From: Squalus acanthias
Lineage: Eukaryota
DNA: 64,000 nucleotides
Direction: 5' to 3'
NCBI GenBank assembly: GCA_030390025.1
Contig: CM059446.1
Span: forward strand, 13,578,001-13,642,000
Position numbers and translations under genes: made by a program. How positions within the stretch are numbered: the stretch's first letter is position 1; every line of letters begins with the position of its first letter. Below the pieces are notes generated by a model that was not told the DNA's origin, made no database searches, and saw nothing but the letters and a program-made list of their open reading frames with translations. Shown piece by piece: positions 40,942-53,654 of the stretch.

Positions 40942-42647
40942 CACCCAGTGCCGCCTTACACCACACCCAGTGCCAGCTTACACCACACCCAGTGCCGCCT
41001 TACACCACACCCAGTGCCGCCTTACACCACACCCAGTGCCAGCTTACACCACACCCAGTGCCAGCTTACACCACACCCAGTGCCACCTTACACCACACCC
41101 AGTGCCGCCTTACACCACACCCAGTGCCAGCTTACACCACACCCAGTGCCACCTTACACCACACCCAGTGCCAGTTTACACCACACCCAGTGCCACCTTA
41201 CACCACATCCAGTGCCAGCTTACACCACACCCAGTGCCAGTTTACACCACACCCAGTGCCAGCTTACACCACACCCAGTGCCACCTTACACCACACCCAG
41301 TGCCAGTTTACACCACACCCAGTGCCAGCTTACACCACACCCAGTGCCAGTTTACACCACACCCAGTGCCTTCTTACACCACACCCAGTGCCTTCTTACA
41401 CCACACCCAGTGCCTTCTTACACCACACCCAGTGCCAGTTTACACCACACCCAGTGCCAGTTTACACCACACCCAGTGCCGCCTTACACCACACCCAGTG
41501 CCAGTTTACACCACACCCAGTGCCAGTTTACACCACACCCAGTGCCAGTTTACACCACACCCAGTGCCAGTTTACACCACACCCAGTGCCAGTTTACACC
41601 ACACCCAGTGCCGCCTTACACCACACCCAGTGCCAGTTTACACCACACCCAGTGCCGCCTTACACCACACCCAGTGCCGCCTTACACCACACCCAGTGCC
41701 ACCTTACACCACACCCAGTGCCGCCTTACACCACACCCAGTGCCAGCTTACACCACACCCAGTGCCAGCTTACACCACACCCAGTGCCACCTTACACCAC
41801 ACCCAGTGCCAGTTTACACCACACCCAGTGCCACCTTACACCACATCCAGTGCCAGCTTACACCACACCCAGTGCCAGTTTACACCACACCCAGTGCCAG
41901 CTTACACCACACCCAGTGCCACCTTACACCACACCCAGTGCCACCTTACACCACACCCAGTGCCAGTTTACACCACACCCAGTGCCAGCTTACACCACAC
42001 CCAGTGCCAGTTTACACCACACCCAGTGCCAGTTTACACCACACCCAGTGCCAGTTTACACCACACCCAGTGCCAGTTTACACCACACCCAGTGCCGCCT
42101 TACACCACACCCAGTGCCAGTTTACACCACACCCAGTGCCGCCTTACACCACACCCAGTGCCGCCTTACACCACACCCAGTGCCACCTTACACCACACCC
42201 AGTGCCAGCTTACACCACACCCAGTGCCACCTTACACCCCACCCAGTGCCTCCTTACACCACACCCAGTGCCGGCTTACACCACACCCAGTGCCAGTTTA
42301 CACCACACCCAGTGCCAGTTTACACCACACCCAGTGCCAGCTTACACCACACCCAGTGCCAGTTTACACCACAGCTAGTGCCGCCTTACACCACAGCCAG
42401 TGCCGCCTTACACCACACCCAGTGCCACCTTACACCACACCCAGTGCCACCTTACCCCACATCCAGTGCCAGTTTACACCACACCCCGTGCCGCCTTACA
42501 CCACACCCAGTGCCGCCTTACACCACACCCAGTGCCGCCTTACACCACACCCAGTGCCGCCTTACACCACACCCACTGCCAGTTTACACCACACCCAGTG
42601 CCGCCTTACACCACACCCAGTGCCGCCTTACACCACACCCAGTGCCA
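40942..42647 (+). repeat. 22-bp minisatellite, about 77 units of ACACCACACCCAGTGCC(G/A)(C/G)(C/T)TT
   Basis: Direct 22-nt periodicity; explains the long repetitive ORFs in all three + frames. Confidence 0.98.
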
Positions 42648-44694
42648 ATTCAGGCATACTTCCATTTAACACTGGATTTGAAATGGAAACAAGGAATTAT
42701 ATATCTCATAAGCTGAATGCATTTCAGATATAGCTGCCCTCAAATGTGAAAGGGGATACATGATGCTGAAATAAACTCATTGAATACAGTAGAAGCCACT
42801 TAATGGAAACAGCCTTGTGTTAAGCAAACTGCTCTTTAATCCAGTCATTTACATTAAGCAAACACTATTGATTCAATGCTGATCCCAATTGGCAATTAAA
42901 TGCACTGTCAATGCTCAAGAACGAAGATTACGTACCCATCTACAGCTGTGGATGTGTTTTAGGCGCTAAAGTGATGACAACCAGTCCAATAGCTCCTTCA
43001 AATTGGGTATATTGTCTGGCAGCAACTGGTTATGCAAAATTGGTTGAAATAACTCTGCTGGCTGTATGTTACCACTTAAGCACTGCCCATACTGACCTCA
43101 AAGTGTGCTAAACTATACCCAATCTAATGCCTGACTAGAACCGGCCAGTCCAATCGGTATTGTAGTATAGGATAAGGACCAAGCCAGCAGATCTTCAAAC
43201 ACAGTAGATGGGGCCGAATTAGTGCCTCACTAAATGTCCATGTTCGATCCAATTTTCTGCAAACGGGGTCATTAATAGCTCTGTACTGTGAGGTTCTTAG
43301 GCTGCTGTGTCCATTGTACAAGCAGAATATTAGGCTGCAAGTACTTAGTTTACTAAACACTGTGTAATTCCTTTGACTGCCAGTATTGAAGGGTTCACAA
43401 CGCACAGGTGAATACAACCCTTTTTTATCAAAAGATAATCTCAAAGATAGCCAATTGAAGAACTTTATAACTTTCTAGAATAGCATTGCTTGGCATTTGC
43501 ACTGGTAACTGTTCTTAATTTCATTTAAATGTGATATTAACCTTCTACTCAATATTGCATACATCAGACACCAGTAAGACATAATGAACTGCTCACATGA
43601 AGTACTATGTATCAGCCAACACTAATTAGCAAGTCTAATCACCTTCTCACTGTCATTATATGTGTCCAATGTTATACACCAACCTAATGGAAAATATATT
43701 TTCTGTCCACTCTCTTCCATTAAAAATATGATCGACTGGATTCTATGTTAGAGAAAGTTTTGCAAAGTCTAAATTCGGAGTAATTGGGTAAAAAGTGCAT
43801 CTTAAGGCTCTTTATTTAAGAAAATGTTGGAAAAGCACAGCAGCTTAACCAGCTAAAAGAGGCACGAGAGGTTAATGTTCAGGTGGGCTCCTTCATTACG
43901 GCCAAGCCGTTTTAATGAAAGGTCACGTCTGAAATGTCTCTTCCTCTTTCAGATGCTGATCAAGTTGCCAACATTTTCTGTTTTTGATTCATTAGTTATT
44001 TTTTCCTGAAAGTTTGTGGAAGATTTTGCCCGAGGGACATAGTAGTCAGCATTTAACTGTGAGCACATGGGGAAAATTAAAAGACAGCCTGTATTGATCT
44101 TTATATGGTGTTGAGGTGATGAACACATGAGAGGGAGGAGATGGGGAAGCTCGATGAGCTCCTTGAGGCCAAGATTTATTAAAACTCTCAATCACCGTTC
44201 CCACTAATTTTTTTTTGTGTGCACGGCCCATTCAAATTTCCGTGCAAGCGCGGTTTTTCCACATAAGAGCCGGTGAGCTGGCTGTGCGGGACCTCCAGAC
44301 TGTTGCGTGGCCGCACAGCTTTAACGGGAGCATTGCTCATTGAACACCGACTTGCCAAAACACATCTTATGGTGAAATACATAAATGCTGCTAAGTAGCA
44401 TAGTAGATGGCCAAGACTTGTGCCGATATCTATTGGAATATACAGATTCATTTTCCTAATTCTTTCAAAACCGCAGAGAAAATAGAACGACGTTCAAATT
44501 TTGTGTTCTTGTTCCTAAGATTTTGTTTTTTTTCCCCTGTATTTTCTTGCGTTTTGCTACGTTCATGTTTTTGAAGAAACAAAACTATTTTGTTTGTTTT
44601 ATGTTTGCCAAGTTGGACTGTTTCCTTTGTTTTTGTTGCTAGCTGTTTGTTTCTGCCATGGCGTTTGATCGAAATGTTTTCTTGTTGTTTACAG

Positions 44695-44706
44695 AGGTGC
44701 CAAGCG
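44695..44706 (+). CDS. KCNMA1: KCNMA1 alternative 12-nt microexon at the SRKR site, encoding (R)GAK(R)
   Basis: ~200-nt U-rich tract, then TTTACAG|AGGTGCCAAGCG|GTAAAG; phase 2/2; correct intron; ends AAG CG as an SRKR-type exon would. Confidence 0.8.
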
Positions 44707-46431
44707 GTAAAGCTCTCTTCATTTACTTTCCTACTAATCCTCAACCTTCCCTTCAATTCTTTACACCTTCCAGCTTTGGGACTCATTTCTGAAAGCTCAT
44801 TCTTGTACTCTCACCAATTCAACAGGATAACACGAAAAACACATCAGATAGAATAGTCAACATAAGACATTTATAGTATTTTTTTTAAAGAAAGCTTCTC
44901 GTCCTTGCCCTGATTTCTTTGCAGGAATAAAAAAGTGATATTTACACATATTTTTCTAAATGGTCCTTCATTCTGTGCTGTGCCACAGATTGTGTCTGAG
45001 ACCATTCCATATTAAAACTTTAGCTGGCGTAAAGTTTTATTCCAACCCCCCGCCCGCCCCCCCCCCCCCCCCCAACCCCACGATGATGTAATGTAAATGT
45101 CAGTCAGCCAAAAGTGCTGTTTTGCTGTCTGCTTGTCAAAGTCTCAACTGATGTCTTTCCCGTCGCCTGTCTTCAGAGTTCCATGCATTTAAACAATGCT
45201 TCATGTTGGCTGTGGATTCATTGAAAAGAAAGGAAGAAAAAAAATGAATAGTCACAAATTTAATTTGTTAACTAATTAATGAGCGCGATGATTTTCTGCA
45301 ATGATAATTTTAACACGCCTGACCACATTTCGTACTCGTACATTCAATTCACCAAACGTGGAAATTTATTTTTCGGAAGCATTTTTTCCCCCAGTTTTTC
45401 TTGCATCAGCAAGCTTGCCGATTGACTCCCAGCCCACTATTAAAGACAGCCACTTGTCATCTGCACCCCCCCCCCACCCCCACCCCCAGCCCCTGTTTGT
45501 TGCTTGACATTGAGTGAAATGTTAATGCATGAAGTAAATTAATGTTTTGGCAGTATCCTTTTATCCCAGAGACACCCATTTGAGTCTTTGAATATTTTTT
45601 TAATGATTTTTGTTTTCATTTTTTTCAAGCGTCATCTAATTGCTGACCCAACCAGCTTAGTAGCTACTTGCTTAATTCTCTTTTTCTTCATGAATTGCCC
45701 CTTCTTCCCCCCCCCCCCCCCCACCACCACTCCCTCCCCTGCTTTGTGTCTGTCCCTCACCTCCTTGCTTTGTCTGACTCCAGGCTTGTGTGCAGTGGTA
45801 TATGTACAACAAAAGTAGGAGGGCTTCCAGTCAGTTTGGCGTTTAGTCACCCAGCAGCAGCTCCTGCAGTCTGCAATGGTTGGACCTCTACTTTTGGAGT
45901 TGTTTGTTGTATCTTGTTGTTCTGTGTGTGTGTTTGTGTTGGAAGCATGTCACTGCCACAGTGAACCGAACAGAGCCTACTCTATACCAACAGAAACTTG
46001 CTTCCTGGGATTCCTCCTTGATTTTCTAGTTAAAATTGAATCCGTTAATACGTCAATCTTGTGCTCCAGGAACAATTTGCTGATATATGGAAATCTATAC
46101 TGAGACTTGGTTTTATTAATTTATATTCTAATTACAATGCCAATTGAATATTGGATTGGATCTGATGTCTGCAGAACAGTGATTTCTACTCGTAAAGAAA
46201 GTAAAGCTAATGTGAGTATGGAGGCACATATCCAGTGTGCAATGTCCACATGCGGTGGTGTCCATGATAAAGACACACGCATTTAACAACTCCATTCAAT
46301 CTGACAATACAAATTGAGCCCAGATTCAGGACCATATATAAATGATAAAACAGTCAGAACTGGTATTGTTATTAGTACCACGGATATTATACATAGCTTG
46401 GTATTATTAGTAAACCTTATAGAATATAGTC

Positions 46432-47018
46432 ATAGAGTCATAACGGCACAGAAGGAGGCCATTCGGCCCATCAAGTCCGTGCCGGCTCTCTGTAGAGCAA
46501 TCCAGTCAGTCCCATTCCCCCGCTCTATCCCCGTAGCCCTGCAAGTTTATTTCCCTCAAGTGCCTATTCAGTCTCCCCTTGAAAACATCGAGTGTCTCCG
46601 CTTCCACCACGTCTGTCGGCAGCGAGTTCCAGGTCCTCACCACTCGCTGCGTAAAAAAGTTTTTCCTCACAACCCCCCTGTATCTCTTGCCCAGAACCTT
46701 AAATCTGTGTCCCCTAGTCCTTGTACCATCAACTAGTGGGAGCAGCCTTTCCCCGTCTAGCCTATCCAAACCCGTCATAATCTTGTACACCTCTATCAAA
46801 TCACCCCTCAACCTCCTTTGCTCTAATGAAAACAAATCCAGCTTCTCCAACCTGTCCTTGTAGCTAAGATCCCCCATCCCCGGAACCATTCTGGTAAATC
46901 TCCTCTGCACCCTCTCAAGGGCCTTCACATCCTTCCTAAAGTGTGGTGACCAGAACTGGATGCAATACTCCAGTTGTGGCCTAACCAGCACTTTATAAAG
47001 ATTCAGCATAACTTCTCT
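46432..47018 (-). mobile_element. CR1 (HER1-like) LINE 3' fragment, same subfamily as 29768-30800
   Basis: Minus ORF 46506-47036 nearly identical to the C-terminus of ORF 29678-30721. Confidence 0.95.
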
Positions 47019-48976
47019 AATATGCAAGGAGTACAAATCGCTTTCCCCTAACCAGCTATGGCACTTTAATATATACCATGATCTCTAATATAAAATGCAT
47101 TATTTATATTTTCCTCTTTGAAAACCCACGTGAAGCATCTCTCAGTGTAACATTCCTCTTAGCGTTAGTTCTGACGATAGTGCTACACGGAGGGCCCACA
47201 TGCATTTGATTAACTAAAGACATCAGCTGTAAAGTATCTGTCTGTTTAAAAAGCTGTTAGAAAGTGCTAATAACTGGATACCTGTTCCCCAACATCCCTG
47301 GATCTCAAACTTTAGAATTCACTTCATGAGTTAGGTAATTGGAACACATGATCGTCATTACAAGCTGGGCTATTTCCCACCAGTTGGAGACCTGCCTAAA
47401 TGAGTCCCATATTTCAGCATAGTTCATTGTGTGAAACACTTTGAGACCTTTCAATGGCGTGATAAGGTGTTACATAAATGAAAGTTTGTTTTGCATTAGT
47501 TGCTGCGAAACTATTCCGTTTCAAATAAATCATCAGTTTCTCGAAGTCGAAGAATATTAACATCTTCTTGACAGTTCAGGACATGCGCTGTGTGGAATTC
47601 CACAGCTTTCGTGTGGAAATGTGACATAACTTTTAACAAAAATGGAAAATGCTGGAAAGGCACAGCATCTAAAAACTGGCAGATGAGCTTTTTAGTAAAG
47701 TTGGGAGGGGTGAGGGGGCACAGTAAAAGGGGAGGAGGAAATAACAGGCGCTCCAATCACAGAGAGGAAGTTAATAGGTTAAATGATTTGCAAACTGCTG
47801 AACAGGAAAGCAGGAGTTGTTTGATGAAATAAAGTAATCTTGGTGAGACAATGGAAAGACATTAAAAGAATATGGAAACAGCTGAGAAGCTGTAAAAGGC
47901 ACACAAGAAAATGGGGGGAGAAAAGGTAGATGCGGCAAATCTGAAATAAGAACAAAAAAAACCCAGATCACACATTAGCCTTGATGCTCATTGACCTGCT
48001 TGGTACTATTTCAGATTTTCTTTATATTTGTGCGGAATGATTTTTGACATAAATGTAGAATCACCATTCTATTTAGAAGTGTTCTTGCAGTAAGTGATGA
48101 TGGCAGGTTTTTTCTGAGCTGTTTTAAAAAAATTATTATTGAGAGAGCAGAGTGAGGGGCCAAGACCCGTAGTGCAGGACACTAGAAATGTTGGCAAGAG
48201 TAGGAGGCGAGGATGAGGTAAATAGCAGTTAGATGATGAATGATGATAAGAATGAGGCAGAGGGATTAGGAAGAGAGTTAAATAAAGCAAGGTCTGGTAA
48301 TCACCGCAGGACATTGAAGCATCCTTGCGGAATTTCGCTTTATCCAGGAGATGTGGTGCTGGCACACTCCCAGCAATAAGAGGAGCTGCCCCTACTGACA
48401 GCACCGTAAGTCAGCAACTGCAAGGAGCCCATTCCTGGAAGCAATTCAGGTCTTGCTGTGCTTTATTTGTGAAGGTGGCTTGTCCTGAGTGCCCTTTCTC
48501 TACTGCTGCCCTTCCTTTTCATTTTTTTTTCTTGCCTATCAGAAAACCAAAGCCTTTGGATATAGAAGTAGAACTGTAAAAAAAAAAACAAGTAGTTTGA
48601 GAGTGCCCAGAAGAAAGAGCTGGATGCTTATACTGAACAATGGGGCTAAAGTAAGATTTCAGACACGTCTATTTAAAGACAGAGATTGGGATTCTTGTCG
48701 TTAACATGTACCAGCCATCTCTTTCCTTTGGGCCGACTGCCTAATTTAGCATACAGCTGTGCCGTGCAATAGTAGTACTCTTGACGTGTATTACCGTTAA
48801 AGTGACTGTTACTTTAAACTATTGATAAGTTAGGGTTAATTAATGATGTTACAAGTAGCATACATTGTTTTCCAATCACGGGGGAGCTGCACCGACCACT
48901 GAAACCTGTTTGTTTGATACTGCTGCTACAGGCCTGTTAAATTATTTGTGAATGGTAGCTTCATTTTAAGGATATA

Positions 48977-49025
48977 GGGCTTGATTTTCCATCTATACAC
49001 GATCAATGGGTAAACAATCTAGCCC
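48977..49025. mobile_element. 49-bp minimal Harbinger-type MITE
   Basis: ATA|GGGCTTGATT...AATCTAGCCC|ATA: TIRs matching 9 of 10 and a 3-bp TSD. Confidence 0.65.
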
Positions 49026-49059
49026 ATAGTTCCTTCACCAAAATAGTGCTGTAAACATA

Positions 49060-49525
49060 TACCAGAAATGCGAGGGTATACATATCAGGAAAGGATGAAC
49101 AGGCTGGGTCTCTTTTCTCTTGAAAAAAGAAGGCTGAGGGGTGACCGAATAGAGGTCTTTAAAATTATGAAAGGTTTTGATAGAGTGGATACAGAGATAA
49201 TGTTTCCACTTGTGGGGAAGAGCAAAACTAGAGGCCATCAATATAAGATAGTCACCAAGAAATCAAATAGGGAATTCAGAAGAAACTTCTTTACCCAAAG
49301 AGTGGTGAGAATGTGGAACTCGCTACCACAGGGAGTGGTTGAAGCGAAAAGTATAGATGCATTTAAGGGGAGGCTGGACAAACATGAGGGAGAAGGGAAT
49401 AGAGGGTTATGCTGATAGATTTAGATGAGGAAAGACGGGAGGAGGCTCGAGTGGAGCATAAACACCGGCATGGACTGGTTGGGCTGAATGGCCTGTTTCT
49501 GTGCCGTATATCCTATGTAATATGT
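49060..49525 (+). mobile_element. CR1 LINE 3' fragment
   Basis: ORF reads MRGYTYQERMNRLGLFSLEKRRLRGD..WNSLP; tail also found at 9655-9770. Confidence 0.92.
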
Positions 49526-50276
49526 AAAATTGGTTAGTGGTTCAAATATAACTAATTTGCTCGTCATACCCCACCCAAACTCCACCCCACTCTGCCAGAA
49601 GTTATTCAAGTGGCAAGTTTCTGACCACAAGCTGTATTGTCAGGGGAAGCACGGGCAGAAGGAGAGTGGAAACTAGAGAGGAGTTCATTTCAGACATCTC
49701 CTTCTCACAACCAGCTCAAGAGTGACAATGGGGAGAGCTTGAGAGCGAGGCACCTCACGGCCTTCTCAACTGGGGAACATGTCCTAGTACCAGCAGGAGG
49801 GGAGGGGGGACCCTCAACAAAATAGAGTGAAGAAAAAAAATAATGACAAATGGGAATGAGTAAAAAAAAAACAACTACCTTGCTGTAGAGTAAAAAGCCT
49901 GCAGTAACCCTTCCAAGAAAAATCAGCCTGAAAACTGCACTTTCGATGTCGATTCAGATGCTGTGATTAACGATGAGCTACATCATCCAGATTAAAATTA
50001 TAAAGCCTGTGCTTTGTTATCAGAAGGCTTTCAAATTAGGGGAAAATGAGAATTTATTTAGGGGTGTACGTGTTTAAGCAGATGGTGTTTTGCTTACCAT
50101 GCATCTTAATATTATGGGTCTAATAAGCAAGTTCCGTTCAGTCATTAATTGAATCATTTGCAGTCATCTGCTGGGAGTGTATACGGCAATTGAAATATAA
50201 GTGCCGTTCATATCAGAGTGATTTCCATTGCAGTGGGGATGCTTGCACCATTCCCCATTGATTCGTGTGCCATTGA

Positions 50277-50426
<150 letters not shown>

Positions 50427-50601
50427 TAGCTTTTAGCTTTGATCCATGGGAATTGAAAGTAATTGTAATCTGTTTCCAATTAATGATGTAATATGCCAAA
50501 TAATAAACACTCCCATATCTTGACTTTTATTTGGAGGGGCGGGGGGGAGGAATTTTACTTTTCCTGTTGAGCTGTCAGAACAAGCACGAGAGTAAATTCA
50601 T

Positions 50602-51012
50602 CATCGATTTCAAAATTCTCATCCTGGTTTTCAAATCCCTCCATGGCCTCGCCCCTCCCTATCTCTGTAGCCTCCTTCAGCCCCACAACCCCCCGAGATA
50701 TCTGCGCTCCTCCAATTCTGCCCTCTTGAGCATCCCTGATTATAATCGCTCAACCATTGGTGGCAGTGCCTTCTGTTGCCTCGGCCCTAAGCTCTGGAAT
50801 TCCCTGCCTAAACCTCTCCGCCTCGCTACCTCTCTTTCCTCCTTTAAGATGCTCCTTAAAACCTACCTCTTTGACCAGGCTTTTGGTCACCTGTCCTAAT
50901 TTATCCTTATGTGGCTCGGTGTCAAATTTTTTGTCTTAAAATACTCCTGTGCAGCGCCTTGGGACGTTTTACTACGTTAAAGGGGCTATATAAATACAAG
51001 TTGTTGTTGTTA
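50602..51012 (+). mobile_element. L2 LINE 3' end with (GTT)n tail
   Basis: IDFKILILVFKSLHGLAPPYL..LKTYLF; tail GGGCTATATAAATACAAGTTGTTGTTG. Confidence 0.92.
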
Positions 51013-52229
51013 TTTGTAATCCAGCAACGCAACTCACCTTGTACGTTAACGGAGCTTTGTCATAACTGATGGTGACAATTTTTTGAGCCCGTGTAAAGCT
51101 TGGTGTTATGTCTGAAATGTTCCTCAACATTGACACTGTAAAAGGCTGAATGGACATGTGAGTCCTCTAAACTTCAGAACACATCTGGGAGCTTTGTGGC
51201 TCTCGCAGCAAGAGGGGCCGTGTTCAACTCTCCGCCCTCAGTGCTGCTCAGATATCACTGGACTCGCTGCCTACTCTCCTTTTTGGCCAACCACCACCCT
51301 CAGCTTCGGGAGGAGGGGAACACACCGCGGGATATAATCCCGTGCTGTGGAAACATGCTCCCAGTCCGCTGATCACAGAGTGCCATCGACTGCTGTTGTG
51401 GAGTACGCTGCACAGGCCAGAATCTCCTGCACTCCCGGCCAGTATTGTGGAAGTGTGACCATTAGCGCCAGTCTGGACCTTACCAGAGGAAGGGGGGAGT
51501 ACGTAGATCTTAAGAACCAAAAGGTTTTCCTTCCGAAACAAGGAATAGTAATATCAGAAAAGCGATTAACATCATTGAACAATTAAGGAAGGCATGCAAT
51601 TATATTCATGCAACAAATAATATAGAAAAGCTTTGAGAGGTCTTCTGTAGCGCGCCCAGTGTCAGCATCAATCAAACAGCCCCTGGTCATTTATAACACG
51701 GTCAAGATACAGAGCAAAGCTCACTCTACTCAAGCCCAGCAATGTGGATTGTTTTTTCATTGGCAGTGAGCAAGGAAATGAATCCAGAAGTTAGTGAAAA
51801 ACTGGTCCCTATTTTCCACCCCCCAAAAAGGGGAACAGCATCCAAACTATATTTTTTTCCAAAAAAACTGCTGTTGCTTATTAATGCCTGTTAATGCCGT
51901 ATTAATAATCTTTCATCAAAAGATTTGGTAGTTTTCCGCTGGGGGATATGAAAAAGACCAGGTAGGAATCATCTCACCCACTGAGTTGGACTTAGTTCTG
52001 CAGCAGCTAAACTATTTGGCCACAATTCTGTTCAACATGGATTTTGCGACAATCTTTACACTGGTTCAGTGCTGGAGGGAGAAAGCTACCTTGAGCCCAG
52101 CTACCAGAGACTGAGCACCAACCCCATGAGCTTCCGCTGGGTCGTCTGAAAGGTTTGCTGGATTGTGCTCACCTGCACCTTAAACAGCTGAGAATCACTC
52201 CATTCATGGGCATTTTAAACAGCTGAGAT

Positions 52230-52369
52230 TTGATTTATGTTCATTCATGGGATGTGGGCGTCGCTGGCAAGGCCAGCATTTATTGCCCATCCCTAATTGC
52301 CCTTGAGAAGGTGGTGGTGAGCTGCCGCCTTGAACCACCGCAGTCCTCGTGGTCACGGTACGCCCATAG
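52230..52369 (-). mobile_element. Short retroelement 3' end sharing its tail with the second SINE family
   Basis: Tail matches 36630-36720; flanked by ~36-bp direct repeats. Confidence 0.7.
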
Positions 52370-53654
52370 AGAATCCCTCCATTCATGGGCACTTTAAACA
52401 GATGATCACTAAACGATTTTTTAATAAAATCCCAATGTGCTGCTAGTTTTATATCTTATTCTCCCTGGTGGGAATTCACAGAGTTCAAGATTTGGTTGTT
52501 GAAATAAATCGTTACCATTACAAAGAAGGCCAGAACTCACCAAGCAATTGATGTGAATGTAATTTTCAATGCGAATTAGAGAAAAAAAGGTGCATTTTTT
52601 TTTTAACCCTGATTTGTGGCTTGACCTTTGTTTCTGATTTACAAACATCAAGCAAATGCCTCTCGTCTTTTAAAATCTGGAACTGGTCCTGTCATTGAAT
52701 CAGATTGCACAAAATTTGCATCTCAGCTTCGTTTGTGATAGTTTCTAATAGGAATTGGGTTAATGCCTCTGGTTGTTACTCAACTAGTTAAGCGCTTGTT
52801 AAACCACACGAGAGGTGCCAAATGAGCATTATTGAAGGCAAGTCTTGATTGGCCAAGTTTCTGCTAGCACGCTAAATGAAATCTTAAACTCATCCAGTGG
52901 AAAAGTGAATTAATTAACATTTCTATTGGTTGCCCTTAAAATAAATAATAAAAAATGATGAGAGTAATACCTCAGCTTCTAAAAGCAGAAAATATCTCCC
53001 AAATTCCTCAGCCCTAATCTCAGAAGAGCGCCCCCTACTGCATCAGCCTGAACTTTCCCCCAAACAGCCATCCCGCAGATTTACTGAGTTAACCTACCAA
53101 ATTAATGCCGATTAGTTCTGGCTTGTGGGTAGTTTAGTCCCACTCAGAACTGGGTCAGAAGCGGCCAAAAATCATTTGGTTCAGTTGCTGTAACTTGAAG
53201 GATCTTTTGCTCCCCGAGTGTCGATCAGTTTGCCCTTTGAAGCCTCTTAGGCTGAGTGTTTCTGGGTTCAAGCTGAGAGGCAGGGAAGGCAAGCAAAGGG
53301 CCTTCAACACTACAATCCGATGTCCTGTGGTCTGGCAAGCAGAATTGGACCTGAGGCGTAATACCTGCTGGTTGCCTAGTTAGATGCCTCATCTCTGCTG
53401 TGTGCTGTGCTGTGCCAGTGCCACAGTCAAGGCCAGAGACTCGAACTTCATGGGGAAACCATTTCAGATTCTTTGTAATGGTGACTTGATTTTTTGTGAA
53501 GAATTTAAATTTTTTAATGCACAAAGTTATACTTTTGTTACATGCGGATGATTCTTTGGGTCTGTTTGAAATGCACAAAATTAAATAGAAATACTTAAAT
53601 TTAAATGTAAATATTGGAGAATGTTCAGAGAACAGAAGAAGGGCGCTAGGTTAT

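Noticed and set aside
40942-42647. Resemblance of CACCACACCC to budding-yeast telomeric repeats
   Set aside because: Short low-complexity coincidence; vertebrate telomeres are TTAGGG and the flanks are continuous with the KCNMA1 intron
40930-42733. 482-587 aa His/Pro/Thr-rich ORFs; also a CRISPR-like appearance
   Set aside because: Artefact of a stop-free 22-bp tandem repeat open in all three frames; no unique spacers and no cas genes; vertebrate intron
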